A stretch of 64,000 nt of DNA. Origin: Octopus vulgaris (Eukaryota). The notes under the pieces were generated by a model. It saw only the letters and a program-made list of their open reading frames with translations. It was not told the origin of the DNA and ran no database searches. Shown in pieces: positions 1-12,574 of this stretch. How positions within the stretch are numbered: the stretch's first letter is position 1; each line of letters starts with the position of its first letter. Made by a program: the position numbers and the translations under genes. The stretch is taken from positions 43,276,001 to 43,340,000 of the forward strand of contig OX597818.1 in assembly GCA_951406725.2 (NCBI GenBank). Reading direction: 5' to 3'.

Positions 1-869
1 AATAGTTTAATGATAAATGCCTTGCAAATTATATTAAACAGGGTTGTTTTAGGCTTAATGTCACTTTGGCTTAATGCCATTAATAAATGCCCTTATGTAA
101 GAAAAAAAAATGTTTTAAAAAAAGTTAACCATCCTTGCTGGGATATGTTATGAGTCATTGCATTTTATTCGTAAACCCTCACAGTTTAGCTCCTACAATT
201 TTTTTATTATGCCCAATACAATGACAATAAAGATTTCTTTTTTTTTTTTATATTGATAGTTCTATATTTCTATACGTTTACATTTATTACAAAACATCGA
301 AAATGATGATGATGACAACGATGATGATGATGATTAACTGACTTTGTGCTATTCAACAATTTTTTTTCTCCAGTGAACACTGGCACCGTTTCAAACATGG
401 TTCTCTAATAATAACAACAACATTCTTTTACATAAGTTCAAATTTAGTCCATGATTTTGAATTTATTGCATATAAAAAAAAAATATATATATAAAAAAGT
501 TTTTATGTTTCTTTTGCTAAAAAAAAAAAACAAACCAAAAACCAAAAAATATAGAAATAGAAAATCATTATTTCCCAAACGTAACAAATTCTGTATTCAG
601 CAAAATATTGGAAAAAGAGATATGAAATTTTTTTTTCTTTTTCCCTGATTCCATTCGAAATGATCAGGAATTCGATTTAATGGATCACCATCATCATAAT
701 CATTTGTATTACTATTTTAAGTGTGCAATAAATGTTTAGATATAACTTTTACTAAAATATTGTATTTGGGTTTTAAAAAAAAAGCTGATGTCTGAAATGT
801 ATTGCATCCTTAAAATTTATCATCTGTTAAAATTATTATTAGAGGAAAGCAATAGCTGTGAGGGTTATT

Positions 870-950
870 CTTTTATTCTTTTAACTTGTTTTAGTCACTT
901 GACTGTGGCCATGTTAGAGCACACACTCACACACACACATAAATATATAC

Positions 951-983
<33 letters not shown>

Positions 984-1276
984 CTATGTTGAGGGAAAAG
1001 TTTGTGTGCCGTGTTAAAATAATGATTTTTTATGCAAGAATTTATTCAAAAACCACAGCTATTTTTCAAAACATGGCACACAAACTTTTTCTTCAACCTA
1101 ATATATATATATGCAACATGTTTCTTCCAGTTTCTGTCTACCAAATCCACTCACAAGGCTTTGGTCAGCCCGAGGCTATAGTAGAAGACACTTGCCCAAG
1201 GTGCCACACAGTGGGACTGAACTCGGAACCATGTGGTTGGGAAGCAAGCTTCTTAGCACACAGCCATGCCTATGCC
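870..1276 (-). mobile_element. tRNA-derived CORE-like SINE (family A), internally deleted, with a MITE inserted in its microsatellite
   Basis: Reverse complement of the family A head (ccatgtggttgg, cttgcccaag) and tail (acttgttttagtcacttgactgtggccatg) seen in the full copies at 4862, 26141, 42248 and 59858. Confidence 0.85.
985..1100. mobile_element. ~116-bp mariner-type MITE inside a (TA)n tract
   Basis: Inverted ends tatgttgagggaaaagtttgtgtgccgtgtt / aacatggcacacaaactttttcttcaaccta, flanked by TA repeats. Confidence 0.7.
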
Positions 1277-1603
1277 TTAGATGATAATTCTTTCATTCCA
1301 AGTTGTCTGTATGTGCTATGAGCGTAACATTTTGTTAAATATCTGTAATGAAAGCCACTTCACTGAAACAGTGTGATTTAACCATTTCCCACTGTTAAAC
1401 TATACTGAAGGTTTCAGGTTTGTTGGAAGGCGTTTTTATTTTCTTTTTTAATATTTTGTTTTTGTTGGATGGTGTTTTGTATAGTTGTATGCTTAAGAAG
1501 TTTCATACCACTGCATGGCATCTTGGGCAAATATCTTCTGCCATAAACTTGAGTTTACCAATGAAATTTGGTCAATGTGTAGAAGCTCAATGTATATGTG
1601 TGT

Positions 1604-1664
<61 letters not shown>

Positions 1665-1916
1665 CGATGATATATATGCATTTATGTCATTTGCTCATTT
1701 GTTTCAAGTTCATTTTCCAAGTAAGTATGGGTTGAATGAATGCCAATATATTTCTACAAGAATCCTACGCTCTTAGACTGCAACAATAAGTCCAAGAAAT
1801 ATAATGGCACCTTTTATAATAAGCAACAATTTTTACTGTGAAAAAAACCCTTAAAATTCTTTTTCTTCTATAAGTGTAGAAACACACACATACATACGTA
1901 AACATGCATAAACATA

Positions 1917-2108
1917 TCATCATCATCATCATCATCATTGTTTAACGTCCGCTTTCCATGATAGCATGGGTTGGACGATTTGACTGAGGTCTGGTGAACC
2001 AGATGGCTGCACTAGACTCCAATCTGATCTGGCAGAGTTTCTACAGCTGGATGCCCTTCCTAATGCCAACCACTCCGAGAGTGTAGTGGGTGCTTTTACG
2101 TGCCACCT
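1917..2108 (-). mobile_element. 3' part of RTE-tailed SINE (family C) with (GAT)n tail
   Basis: Reverse complement of ggagtggttggcattaggaagggcatccagctgtagaaac...ccaacccatgct..gcggacgttaaac(gat)n, shared with 5420-5813 and 41265-41655. Confidence 0.85.
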
Positions 2109-2169
2109 GGGAAGTCAAATGGTTTCATCTAGAAGTGAAACCAAATTACAGAATCAGTTGTAGAACATG

Positions 2170-2398
2170 TTAACACTATTGATACCAATCTGCCTGAGAC
2201 CACTCTTGGTTCTATGATACAAATTGCCCGTTTTAAAGTGATGTAAATTAAAACTTTCCATCAGAATCTCATATTAATTTATATTCCAAACGCCAGCTTA
2301 ATAATGACAAAGTTATTTCATTAAGTTCCTCATTATTTTCAAAACTAATTAAAATATAGACAGTGTATTTCAACAGAAATATGGTAACAAAGGGTTTA
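2170..2398. mobile_element. old piggyBac-like MITE
   Basis: TTAA-bounded, ends ...aacaaagggtttaa; similar in reverse to 31646-31866 and to the host element at 4793-6050. Confidence 0.55.
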
Positions 2399-2827
2399 AA
2401 TCATTAGTGGTTACATGTTGCTAAGAACTCCTTGCTTAGTTCTAAAGTTAATTGTCAGAAGATTAGAGATATATAAATTAATTGAAGTATATTTCTTAGT
2501 TGATCTAACCCTACCTGAGGGATGAAAGGCAAATTTGACTGCAGCAGAATTTCAGCTCTAAGCTGAGAGCAGTACTATTAAATACTATAATGTAACTAAT
2601 CTAACATAAATGTCTTATCAATATATACAATGTGTCATATCAATAATTGCCTATTTATATTGTATAAAAACTGAATAGAAGATATAAATCTTGTATATCT
2701 TTGATTACTCGGTTACAGTTACTTTCTTTTAAAGCTGGTGGTTTACACGTTTGTTGATTTACCTGTCAATAACATAAGTAAAGCAATCATTGATCTAAGG
2801 TTCTAGATTTCAAATTCTAACTCCCCC

Positions 2828-2829
<2 letters not shown>

Positions 2830-2887
<58 letters not shown>

Positions 2888-2897
2888 ATCTCTCTCA
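2830..2897. repeat. (CT)n microsatellite
   Basis: Directly visible. Confidence 0.95.
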
Positions 2898-3259
2898 ATT
2901 AGATTTGAATAATTAATCAGTAACTTATTCAGTAAATTTGATTTTTTTTCTTCTTCTTGTTCTTGTTCTTGAAGGGGGGAAATTAAAATTGAAATTAGTC
3001 AGCCTGTTGTATAATTGCAAAATATTTCAGAGATTAAAGGAGTTGAATGTTAATAACATTACAACAACAAAACAACCACTCCACTACCACCACCTCCAAC
3101 AACAACAACAAATAAGATTCTATTGATACACTCTTTATGTATTTATATGTATATGTAATGTTCTTACCAATCAATAGGAGAGGAATACATTGTTATATGT
3201 ATGCTGGTTTTTTTTGTATAAATGCCAGCATGGAAATGATGATGATGATGAGGAGGATA

Positions 3260-3318
<59 letters not shown>

Positions 3319-4861
3319 ACGTATATATATGTGTGTTTATAGACAGACAGATTACATGTATGTGTTCATAAAATGATCATACTTTGAGATCATCAAATTA
3401 TATATTCTATAGTTTAGACACTGATTGACACTAATCAAGCAGACCTATGCTCAAAGGAGTTCCAGACATGGCCAGCACATTTCTTTCTATATCTAGGAAT
3501 TTAATTCTATATTTAATGAGTGATATTATACTAGAAACACACTTCAATTTGGAAAGAAAAGAAAATATTTATCATAATTATCAATTAATTTTAAATTATA
3601 TATTTTAGAACATCTCTTAAATAATACCATTGTTTAGAATACAAACACCTTTTTTACACCCTTTCCTTCTGTTTTGAAATTTCTAGGAGGAAATTTTTCC
3701 TCTTACTTTCTTTGACACAAGTCAAGATACTAGATTTGTTTTGTGTAAGTCCCATGACTGAATCAAGATATATCAAGGTTGTACTGCAGATGTATTTTCA
3801 CTAGTGTGGCAATGTAGTAACCATAGTAACTGGCAAAAATTACAAGGGTAGGGGTATTTAAGTAAGGATTACATTATGCAAACACATATGAAGGAGTAAG
3901 ATAGAGACTGTGACATTGGCTTACATGTGTGTGTGTGTGTGTTATCTTTTACTTGTTTCAGCCATCTTGAAAGGTTTTTTAGTCAAACAACTTAACCCTC
4001 CCAGTACATACTTTACGTTTTTTAAGGCTGCTACTAATCATATTGGTCTCTTTTGCGAAACCACTAAGTTATGGGACATAAACAGACCAACATCTGTTGT
4101 CAAGTGGTGGTGGGTGAACAAATAAAACACAAAAACCTATACACACAGGTGCACACACACACATTAGTGTATCTTTATAGAATTGTGACAAGGGGTAACT
4201 GGCATTCTGCATTCAAATATCAACTTTTGAAAGACAAAAAGATTGTCAATTTCACTTTATCACCACATTTATTTAGCACAAAATTTTCTGTGTGTGTGTG
4301 TTAATACCTATGTTTTAATGTGAAACATTCCTACAGTATGACAGAGTTAACAAACAAAAATGCAACATCAGCTTATATAAAATGCAAACAGAAAGCAAAA
4401 TTTATAAAGATATACAAAACATTCCAGACATTCATCGTTATGTGTAGAAGAATGCAATGATAATTCTAAATGTTTAGAAGAGGTGATTATAATTTGGCAA
4501 ATGCACTATGCTTCTGAGTTTGATAATAGCCTGCTGTTAGCTGTACGTAAGGATTATTTTATGGCTGTCAAAGCATTGAAATTCAGTTTAATTCCTTCTG
4601 CTACAGAAATTTACTTTATTTCCTTCAACTGCCTGTAAGCATTTACAGTGGTTCTGTCAGAAAGCAAATATTCATATGAATAATGAATTGCTAGTAATGT
4701 GTAAGCAGTTACAGGTTTCCTCATTCTCACAAATATTTTGCTTTATGTTTTAGTATTTCAGTGAAACTGGAAACAGGCACTTTATCTTCATTACCCCTTT
4801 TGTTACTACATTTCTATTGAAATACATGGCCATTGTTTCAATTGAATTAAAAAATAATGAA

Positions 4862-5279
4862 GGCATAGGAGTGGCTGTGTGGTAAGTAGCTTGCTTACCA
4901 ACCACATGGTTTCGGGTTCAGTCCCACTGCGTGGCATCTTGGGCAAGTGTCTTCTACTATAGCCTTGGGCCAACCAAAGCCTTGTGAGCGGATTTGGTAG
5001 ACGGAAACTGAAAGAAGCCCATCGTATATATATATATATATATATTTATGTGTGTGTGTGTGTGTGTGTGTGTGTTTGTGTTTGTCCCCCCCAACATTGT
5101 TTGACAACTGATGCTGGTGTGTTTACATCCTCGTAACTTAACAGTTCAGCAAAAGAGACCGATAGAATAAGTACTAGGCTTACAAAGAATAAGTCCTGGG
5201 GTCGATTTGCTCAACTAAAGGCGGTGCTCCAGCATGGCCACAGTCAAATGACTGAAACAAGTAAAAGAGTAAAAGAGTA
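4862..5279 (+). mobile_element. full-length family A SINE (CORE-like, internal (TA)n(TG)n, (AAAAGAGT)n tail)
   Basis: Pol III A/B-box-like head (gtggctgtgtggt...ggttcagtccc), CORE-like cttgggcaagtgtctt, tail gactgaaacaagtaaaagagtaaaagagt. Confidence 0.92.
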
Positions 5280-5375
5280 ATCTTGTAAAATCATTTTGTC
5301 ATTATTTAGATGGTGGTGTTTGAAACTTAGATTAACATGAAATTTTGGTGAAAGTTTTAATTTAGATCACTTTAA

Positions 5376-5983
5376 CCCTTTAGTGTTCACATTATTCTAC
5401 CATAATTAATGCTTTTTCATCCACCTCGTAATATCCTACGTTTTTATTTCTTACGAACCTGCACCAACCCTTCCTGCCATCGTTCCTCCTTACCCCCCAA
5501 CCTTCCCCACCCCTACCCATTCAAAGTACCCCGGATTCCCAAAGTACCCCGGATCCCGTTTCTCCCGTGCCGCTGGCACGTTAAAAGCTCGAACCGATCG
5601 CGACCAATGCCGGACCCCCCCGGCCCCTGTGCAGGTGGCACGTAAAAAGCACCCACTCCACTCATGGAGTGGTTGGCGTTAGGAAGGGCATCCAGCCGTA
5701 GAAACTCTGCCAGATCAGACTGGAGCCTGGAGCGGCCCCTGGCTTCCCAGACCCCGGTCGAACCGTCCAACCCGTGCTAGCGCGGAAAACGGACATTAAA
5801 CGATGATGATGATTGTTTTGAACTGATCATGCATTATCTTGTAGCTATGATATTTTGATGAGGTAGCTGTTAATTTTTAAAACAATATGGTAGGGTTGGT
5901 GTGAGAGACCAGATCTGGCCAATTTGAACATAGAACAAGCAGAATACTTTTGGCCGGATATGGCCGGTTTAAATGCTAAAGGG
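5376..5983. mobile_element. piggyBac-type MITE (TTAA TSD, CCCTTTAG...CTAAAGGG), interrupted by a SINE
   Basis: ttaa|ccctttagtg ... gctaaaggg|ttaa; a diverged relative lies at ~20696-20910. Confidence 0.8.
5420..5813 (+). mobile_element. young CpG-rich family C SINE (RTE-type tail)
   Basis: gtgcaggtggcacgtaaaaagcaccc modules, ggttggcgttaggaagggcatccag core, (GAT)n tail, and many intact CpGs. Confidence 0.85.
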
Positions 5984-7334
5984 TTAATACAGGAGGTTTG
6001 TATCTTAGAACCGAGGGCATCTCAGGCAGGTTGGTATATCAAAAGGATGAAACATCAGTAGTATTATTGTTTTGTAAAAAATCCAGCTTTATTCCTGCCA
6101 CAAGACTATGCTTAATGTTTTGTATGTTAGAATGGGTGTAATCTAAATGTAGATTTAGTAGTGACACAGCAAGGAAATGCTGAAAAATAACTTGTCATTA
6201 TTTACTTCCATCTCTCCATTTTCTCATTACAAATCTTCCCACAATGGACTTTGCTTAACACAGCTTTTGGGGTTGATAAAATAACTATCAGTTGATTTAA
6301 TCAACTTCATCCACCACTACAAATTTATGGCTTGCAAAAATCTAATTTACAATATTACAGTCAAACTATGGTATTACTCCTAAGGTTTCCTCTACATAGA
6401 TGTTGTACCTTTATTTTATTTTTTTTATTCATTCGTCTCAAAACTTCTGAAATATAACATTGAAAAAAATTGAATAATTAGAAGTTGTCGTTAGCACAGC
6501 ATTACAAAAAAAAATATTAGTTTGAAAATGATAACTGCTTTTTTTTTTCCTATTTTTTTTCTTTTAAACCTTGAGAGGCCAATTGTTTAAAATTCTTTCC
6601 AAGCTAATTGTGTTGTATTCTTGGTTATCATATTCTCTTCTATACATCTCAGTTTATCATGCTGTTATTAGATTTCAGTCTCAGTTTATGGCAGAGTATC
6701 AGCCAGTAGAGGAAATTTCCAAGCAGATTCTTCCAACTCAATATAGAAAACACATTAAAAAATTGTTAGTAGAGGAATAAACATTGATTATATATTACTT
6801 GTAATATATACATTGATTATATATTACTTTGTAATATTATATAATATTACACTGTGCCAGCCATTTTCCAACATTTAATTCTTTCTCAGATTTTCTCTTC
6901 TTATAGTATTTCTAGAACAAATTCTTTGGATTATGACAACAAATTCCAGTTTTATAGCTCTTCGGGAATAAAATGATATACATATGTCCTTTTGTGTTAG
7001 CATTGAAGAAGAAAATGTTTCTTTCTGTTTCTTGTCTTGTCTCCATAGTTTCTTATCCCACTTCCTAGTTTGATGTATTATTATGCAATTATCAATGCAC
7101 ATAACTTCTACAAGCTGTTATTTATATTCTTCTGTGCTTACTCTGTCTGTGGTATACATAAGAACATTATAACCAGTTAATTCAATAGCAACATGGTTTA
7201 ACTAAATCATGATTCTCTTAGCAGGATACTGTTTTCACATATGTTGTTATGGCTCCCTGCACTTTCATAAGAATATTAGAAGCCTCTAAGGAAAGCACTA
7301 TACAGGGCCCTCTAATCTCATTTTTCCCTAACAT

Positions 7335-7552
7335 ATTGATTTCAAATTTTGGCACAAGGCTAGCAATTTCGGGGGAGGAGATAGGTCAATTACATTGACC
7401 CCAGTGTTCAACTGGTACTTATTTTATTGACCCTGAAAGGATGAAAGGCAAAGTCGATCTCAACAGAATTTGAACTCAGAACATAGAGATGAATAGCATG
7501 CTGCTAAGCATTTTGCCCAGCATGGTAATGCTTCTGCCAGCTTGCTACCTTG
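7335..7552 (-). mobile_element. family B SINE (Meta-like domain gcctttcatcctttc.gggtcgat), diverged
   Basis: Reverse complement of the family B copies at 55199-55630. Confidence 0.8.
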
Positions 7553-7574
7553 CTACCCAACATATTAAAATTAG

Positions 7575-9400
7575 GTTTTTCAGTTACAAAATTTGCATTT
7601 TTCATTGTAGAAAATTGCTTCATAATTAATTGAAAGCCTATGTTTTTGAAGATGTTGCTTTCAGTGTACAAGAGAAAAGGCATATTCCATTTAAGTCCAA
7701 ATAGTGTGTAAGTTTCCTGGAAAATGAACCATCATGCTCTTAAATATTGTGTGTGTGATTTTTAACACTGTCAAAACACAGGTTTTAACTTATTTGAAAT
7801 GAGTTTACTATGCATCTCTGCAAGAATCTTGCATTCTTTACTGTGGACAATATAGTGTTTGAATTGCTGTGATAGTTCAGAGAGTTCAGAATAGGAAGTT
7901 ATGTTTCTATCTTCTGTTAGAATGCACACTTCATTTTCTTTGAATCTGGACTTGCTTTTAAACTTAATCTTATACTTGTTCTTCACATGCTGAATACGAC
8001 TCTAATTTCTTGAAGATAAGCTTTCAGAGACCTGAGAAGATCAATGGCCACAAGTATGTCCACATCTTTTAAGTGCAAAATTTTTACTTGTTTTATTCAA
8101 GCTTTCCAGAATGTCATTCCAAAAATTTACAAAATTCTCCAGCTTTTCCATTTTGTTGCTCAATACTTCTATCGTGTGTCTTGAATTCTACTTTTTATCA
8201 TTAGTATCTTGAATTTTCTTGAAATTTCCATGAAGAGCAGAGACAAAATGTGCTGACAGTCATTTCACTGCAATATGGTCCTTTCCTAAACATGGCATTA
8301 TAACATTTCGGGGATGTGTGGAAGCAACTAAATAAATACAAAAGAAAGTAATGATTGATCTGTAAACCCTATTTTATCACTGCTATTTTCACCAAGTTCA
8401 GACTGTATCCAGCTGAAAGAATACAAATAGTAAATTTGTTTAGCTCATGGCCCTGTACTTGCAATCTAGTGTGATGATGTGACATTTTTAATGCATTATC
8501 ATGAGACTGGATGTAACAAAATCAGCTATATAGTGAGCATGTAATGCCAATGGCAAATGGATAATATATACTGTACAAAACTGCCTTGAAAGATGAAAAA
8601 AAGCATTTTCTATAGCTACTACAATGGCTTTTGCTCCTTGGTGTTGGCTGGTCTTGTCCCATCACCATTCAAGCACTTTCAAATCCTCATCTCTCCTCCT
8701 TTCATCATTTGTATTGTTTATGTACAACTCTTCAGGCCCACATTGACCACTACATCTAATTTAGCCCTTCTCAGAATGTTGAACCTCTAGAATTCCATCC
8801 CAGCACATGTCTATCTTCTGGTCTTTTACTTGCAACAGCTTAAACAGAACATTAACAGCATTGACATAACTTGTTTTGAGGGCCTCTAAAGGCCATGGGC
8901 AAAACCCTTTCCTCAAGACAAAAAACTGATATAAAAAAAAAAAGAATAAATATATTAAGCCTACAAAATAACCACATGTTCAATATACCATTGGCTAACA
9001 TGTGAAAAAGTGTTCACACTTTATTTACAAGCTTGTTAAATAAATGATTTACTCACACACAAGTAACCATATATCATAACAGGACAAGAGGAAGAGTCTG
9101 AATTATTAACAATAAAAGATGTAGTCTCGATTATTAACGAGAAATAAATCAGGAAAAGATCATTATTTTTTTTATTTATTATTTATTCTAGAGAATGAAC
9201 TTTATGAAACTATGTAAATATATTCAAGTCTTGAGTTCTCCTTTGTGTATCTAGAGTACCTACAATAAATCTTGACAACAAATATTGTTTGTAGTTTCTG
9301 ATCAAGTATTAAAAAGCAAAATGGAAAGTAAACAGTTTGTGAATGGAAGGTCATAAATAGTTCAAGTGTGCTCTTCAAATAATCTTTTCCAGCAGTCATA
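7575..9400 (-). pseudogene. decayed hAT (Tip100/ZMYM1-like) transposase
   Basis: Manual minus-strand translation gives collinear motifs, with stops and frameshifts: ERVLPMAFRG (cf. ERGLAFRG), QSHDNALKMS...LSAGYSLNLV (cf. GQSYDNASNMS...PCAAHSLNLV), ASTHPRN, KMEKLE..FWNDILESLNKTSK, and LYTESNIFKNIGFQLIMKQFSTMK (hAT C-terminus). Confidence 0.8.
9199..9327 (+). repeat. 129-bp direct repeat, copy 1 (copy 2 at 11873-12001)
   Basis: Ungapped match with about 5 substitutions. Confidence 0.9.
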
Positions 9401-9761
9401 AGAAGCTAAGTGGTTGATTCTTGAATCACAGGACTGTAATGGGCATGTGTCTATAAGTTTGTTACACAAATAGCTAATTGTGTGTGTGTGTGTGTGTGTG
9501 TTTCTGTGCATGTGTGTGTTTCTGTGTGTGTGTGTGTGTGTTTGAGAGGGAGAGACAGACAGAAGATCTTTTTTCACTTAATTTCAATAAGGTGTGCTCA
9601 CCTTTTCTTAATGTGGTAGTGTGCTATGTCATTACTGTGTGTGTAAGGCAGCTAGCAGAAATTGTTGGTAAACCTTCAAATAAAATAAGATTTATTTTTA
9701 TTTCACTTTCCAAATTGTCTGAGCTGATGTTTTACAATTGAAATCAGAACCTTCCATAATA

Positions 9762-10328
9762 TTGGGTTGTCTGGAAAGTTTGTGCCGATTTTTTAAGGAA
9801 AGAAAAAGGTCAATAAATACTTGCCATTACATTTTTAATCAACCAAATATGAACCATTTTGTTGCACAGTGCGTCTCCATCTTTCCTTTAACTTGAAAAT
9901 ACCCTCTTCCCAGAATTGGGGTGGTTTCATGGCAAAGAATTAATCAAGGTATTTTTTTACATCATCCAAAGAATTGAAATTTTTACCATTAAGATTAATC
10001 TGCAGAGACGTGAATAAGTGGGAATCCGAAGAAGCAATACCTGGTGAATATGGAGGGTGGGGTAACAAATCCCAGCCAAGCTGTAGCAATTTTTGTCTGG
10101 TTCCCAAAGCATCGAGTGCCGAAAATGAACTTTCTTATCTCCCATTTTAAAGGGTTACAGAATTAACACAGGTTATAGGAACATAAACCTTCTTCCACGA
10201 AAAAGATAGCTTAAACTGTGCTCTAAATGGAGGTGTAGTCAAATCCTATTTTATGGACTCAACCAAGTTCTAAAATAAGTCGAATGGTATGCTACTATAA
10301 ATCAGCACGAACTTTCTGGACAACCCAA
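9762..10328 (-). mobile_element. internally deleted mariner element with TIRs and TA TSD
   Basis: TA|ttgggttgtctggaaagtttgtgccgatt ... aatcagcacgaactttctggacaacccaa|TA. The minus strand encodes an N-terminus MGDKKVHFRHSMLWE and a C-terminus HPPYSPGIASSDSHLF...GIFKLKERWRRTVQQNGSY (YSPDLAPSD-type motif). Confidence 0.92.
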
Positions 10329-11085
10329 TATCTGCTGCTGCAAGTCAATACCTTATAGGCTCTATACTGTTTCCCAACCTTCTAAAAATAGCAACCAAAT
10401 TTCCTTCAAGTCATACTCTACCATCTTAAAAAAAAGAGACACTATAAAAATGCATTCCTGGGCTCCCTCCAATTAGGAAAAAAATGGAGAAGCTGCAACT
10501 GGAATGTCTTTCATCATATGTCTGTTTGGTCAAGGTTGTTCTTGGGCTAAATAACAAGAAGAAGAACAATTCACTGTCTCACCAGTCTGGGAAATTGATG
10601 CAAGAGGTGATTAATGTGTCTTGCTCCACTGGTACAAGTAATGGAGTTAGTTTTATGGCTATAATAAAATATACTAACATACACATCAAAGTTTAAAAGG
10701 AAATCAATTGAGACAAACTGTTGTACTATAATGGCGAGATCAGTTCTAGCATACTTAATAGAGTGAGCCAAGAAATTTTAATTATATTTAATTATACATC
10801 TGTAGAGAGGAGAAATAATCATTAGTTTAATAATGATCAATTATTGTCAAGAAAGGGGGCTGACAACCCTGAAATTGAAATTAATTAAAAATAAAACATG
10901 GACAATGTAGGGGGGAAAGGAGTTTGATGTTTGCTGCACAGTGAGAGCTCTGGATATACAGAGTTGTCTTCCTTGTCTTTTTTGACTGGAATTGATAATT
11001 AACCTATTGATTTTTTTCTTGTCATTATTGAAAAGGAAGAACAAACAAAACAAATTTTTTTAAGGCAGTAAGCTGCAGAATCACT

Positions 11086-11125
<40 letters not shown>

Positions 11126-11129
11126 CACA

Positions 11130-11288
11130 TATATGACGGGCTTCTTTTAGTTCCCATCTACCAGATCCACTCACAAGGCTTTGGTCGGCCTGAGGCTATA
11201 GTAGAAGACACTTGCCCAAGGTGCCACGCAGTGGGACTGAACCCGGAACCATGCTGTTCGTAAGCAAGCTACTTACCACACAGCCACT
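11130..11288 (-). mobile_element. family A SINE 5' half
   Basis: Reverse complement of the family A head and CORE-like domain. Confidence 0.85.
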
Positions 11289-11872
11289 GTCTTTTTTTTT
11301 TTCTCGAGCCCTCTAACTCGTAAGGTAGGCTACCCAGTTTCAATGGCATACTAGTGACTGAGATCACAACATTCCCCTTGAATAGGACACCAGTCCATTG
11401 CAGGGTCCAAGACCAGTAATTTTGAGGGGAGGGAAGGGGAGGGGACAAATTGAATACGTTGACTCTAATACATGACTAGTACTTTATTTTATCGACCTGA
11501 AGGGATGAAAGGCAAAGTTTATTTCAATGGAAAGAGCTAGAAGAAATTCCACTAAGCATTTCGTCTTGACATGCCATTGATTCTGCCTGCTCACCGCATT
11601 TCAGGTCTTCTTAGGAAACCAAAAATCAGTCAGCAGATTGAACAGTTGAAATTTAATTTTAGTTGGGTTTTTTTTTTGTTTTTGTTTTTATTTTTGCTGG
11701 ATAAACTAGTCTTGAACAGTACTTACATTTTTCCCTCTAAGAGATATTGTTGTGCAGCAAGTAATCTTGGAAGTGAATAAAAATTTAGAAAAAGCTATAA
11801 ACATTTCTTATTTATTCAGTAATGTTTGTTGTTGCTACCTTTCTGCAGTATGCAGCAAAAATCATAACTGAT

Positions 11873-12001
11873 ACTTTATGAAACTATATAAATATATTCA
11901 AGTCTTGAGTTCTCCTTTATGTATCTAGACTGCCTACAATAAATCTTGACAACAAATATTGTTTGTAGTTTCTGATCAAGTATTAAAAAGCAATATGGAA
12001 A
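11873..12001 (+). repeat. 129-bp direct repeat, copy 2
   Basis: Matches 9199-9327. Confidence 0.9.
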
Positions 12002-12224
12002 TGTCATTATTGCAGGTTTAAAATTTTTTTTCTTCTAAACATGAAGACATTGCAACAGACTATAATACAGGCCACAGAACAGAACAGTGTAGGGAAATAT
12101 TACTTGATAGTGCAATCATCATAGTATTCCATGAAAAGTTCAAGGATTGGCAATAAAAGCTTTATTAAAATTAAAATGAAAGAAAAAAAACTAACTTGCT
12201 CTTACAGCATTGTAGTTATTATTA

Positions 12225-12534
12225 TTTTATGCAACCATTTCAAGTCTAGCCAAGCTCATGGGCCTGGTTTCCCGGTTTCTATGGCATATGTCCCCCCCCC
12301 CAGCTGGACAGGATGCCAGTCCATCGCAGCATTACTCAAGAAACAGGAAGAAAGAGTGAGAGAAAGTTGGGGTGAAAGAGTACAACAAGGGTCACTACCA
12401 CCCTCTGCTGGAGCCTCATGGAGCTTTAGGTGTTTTCGCTCAATAAACATACACAACGCCTGGTCTGGGAATCAAAACAGTGATCCTCTGACCGCAAGTC
12501 CACTGCCCTAACCACTAGGCCATTGCACCTCCAC
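12225..12534 (-). mobile_element. tRNA-derived SINE family D (ctgcgatggactggcatcc block)
   Basis: Reverse complement of 36195-36497; tRNA-like head tggcctagtggttag...gattcccagacc. Confidence 0.85.
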
Positions 12535-12574
12535 ACAGCATTCTAGTAAGAAACTTTAAAAAAATTACTAATTC

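Larger units (their letters stand above)
4793..6050. mobile_element. old piggyBac-like MITE carrying nested insertions
   Basis: Segments ~4793-4861, ~5280-5375 and ~5984-6050 join into the reverse of the 2170-2398 family. Confidence 0.55.

Noticed and set aside
788-1776. Longer ORFs such as 788-1321 and 1420-1776, and similar ones at 19841, 23255, 53246 and 59891
   Set aside because: They are largely read-through of (CA)n, (TA)n or (TAG)n microsatellites and SINE consensus (recurrent QIHSQGFG..EDTCPRCH), not genes.
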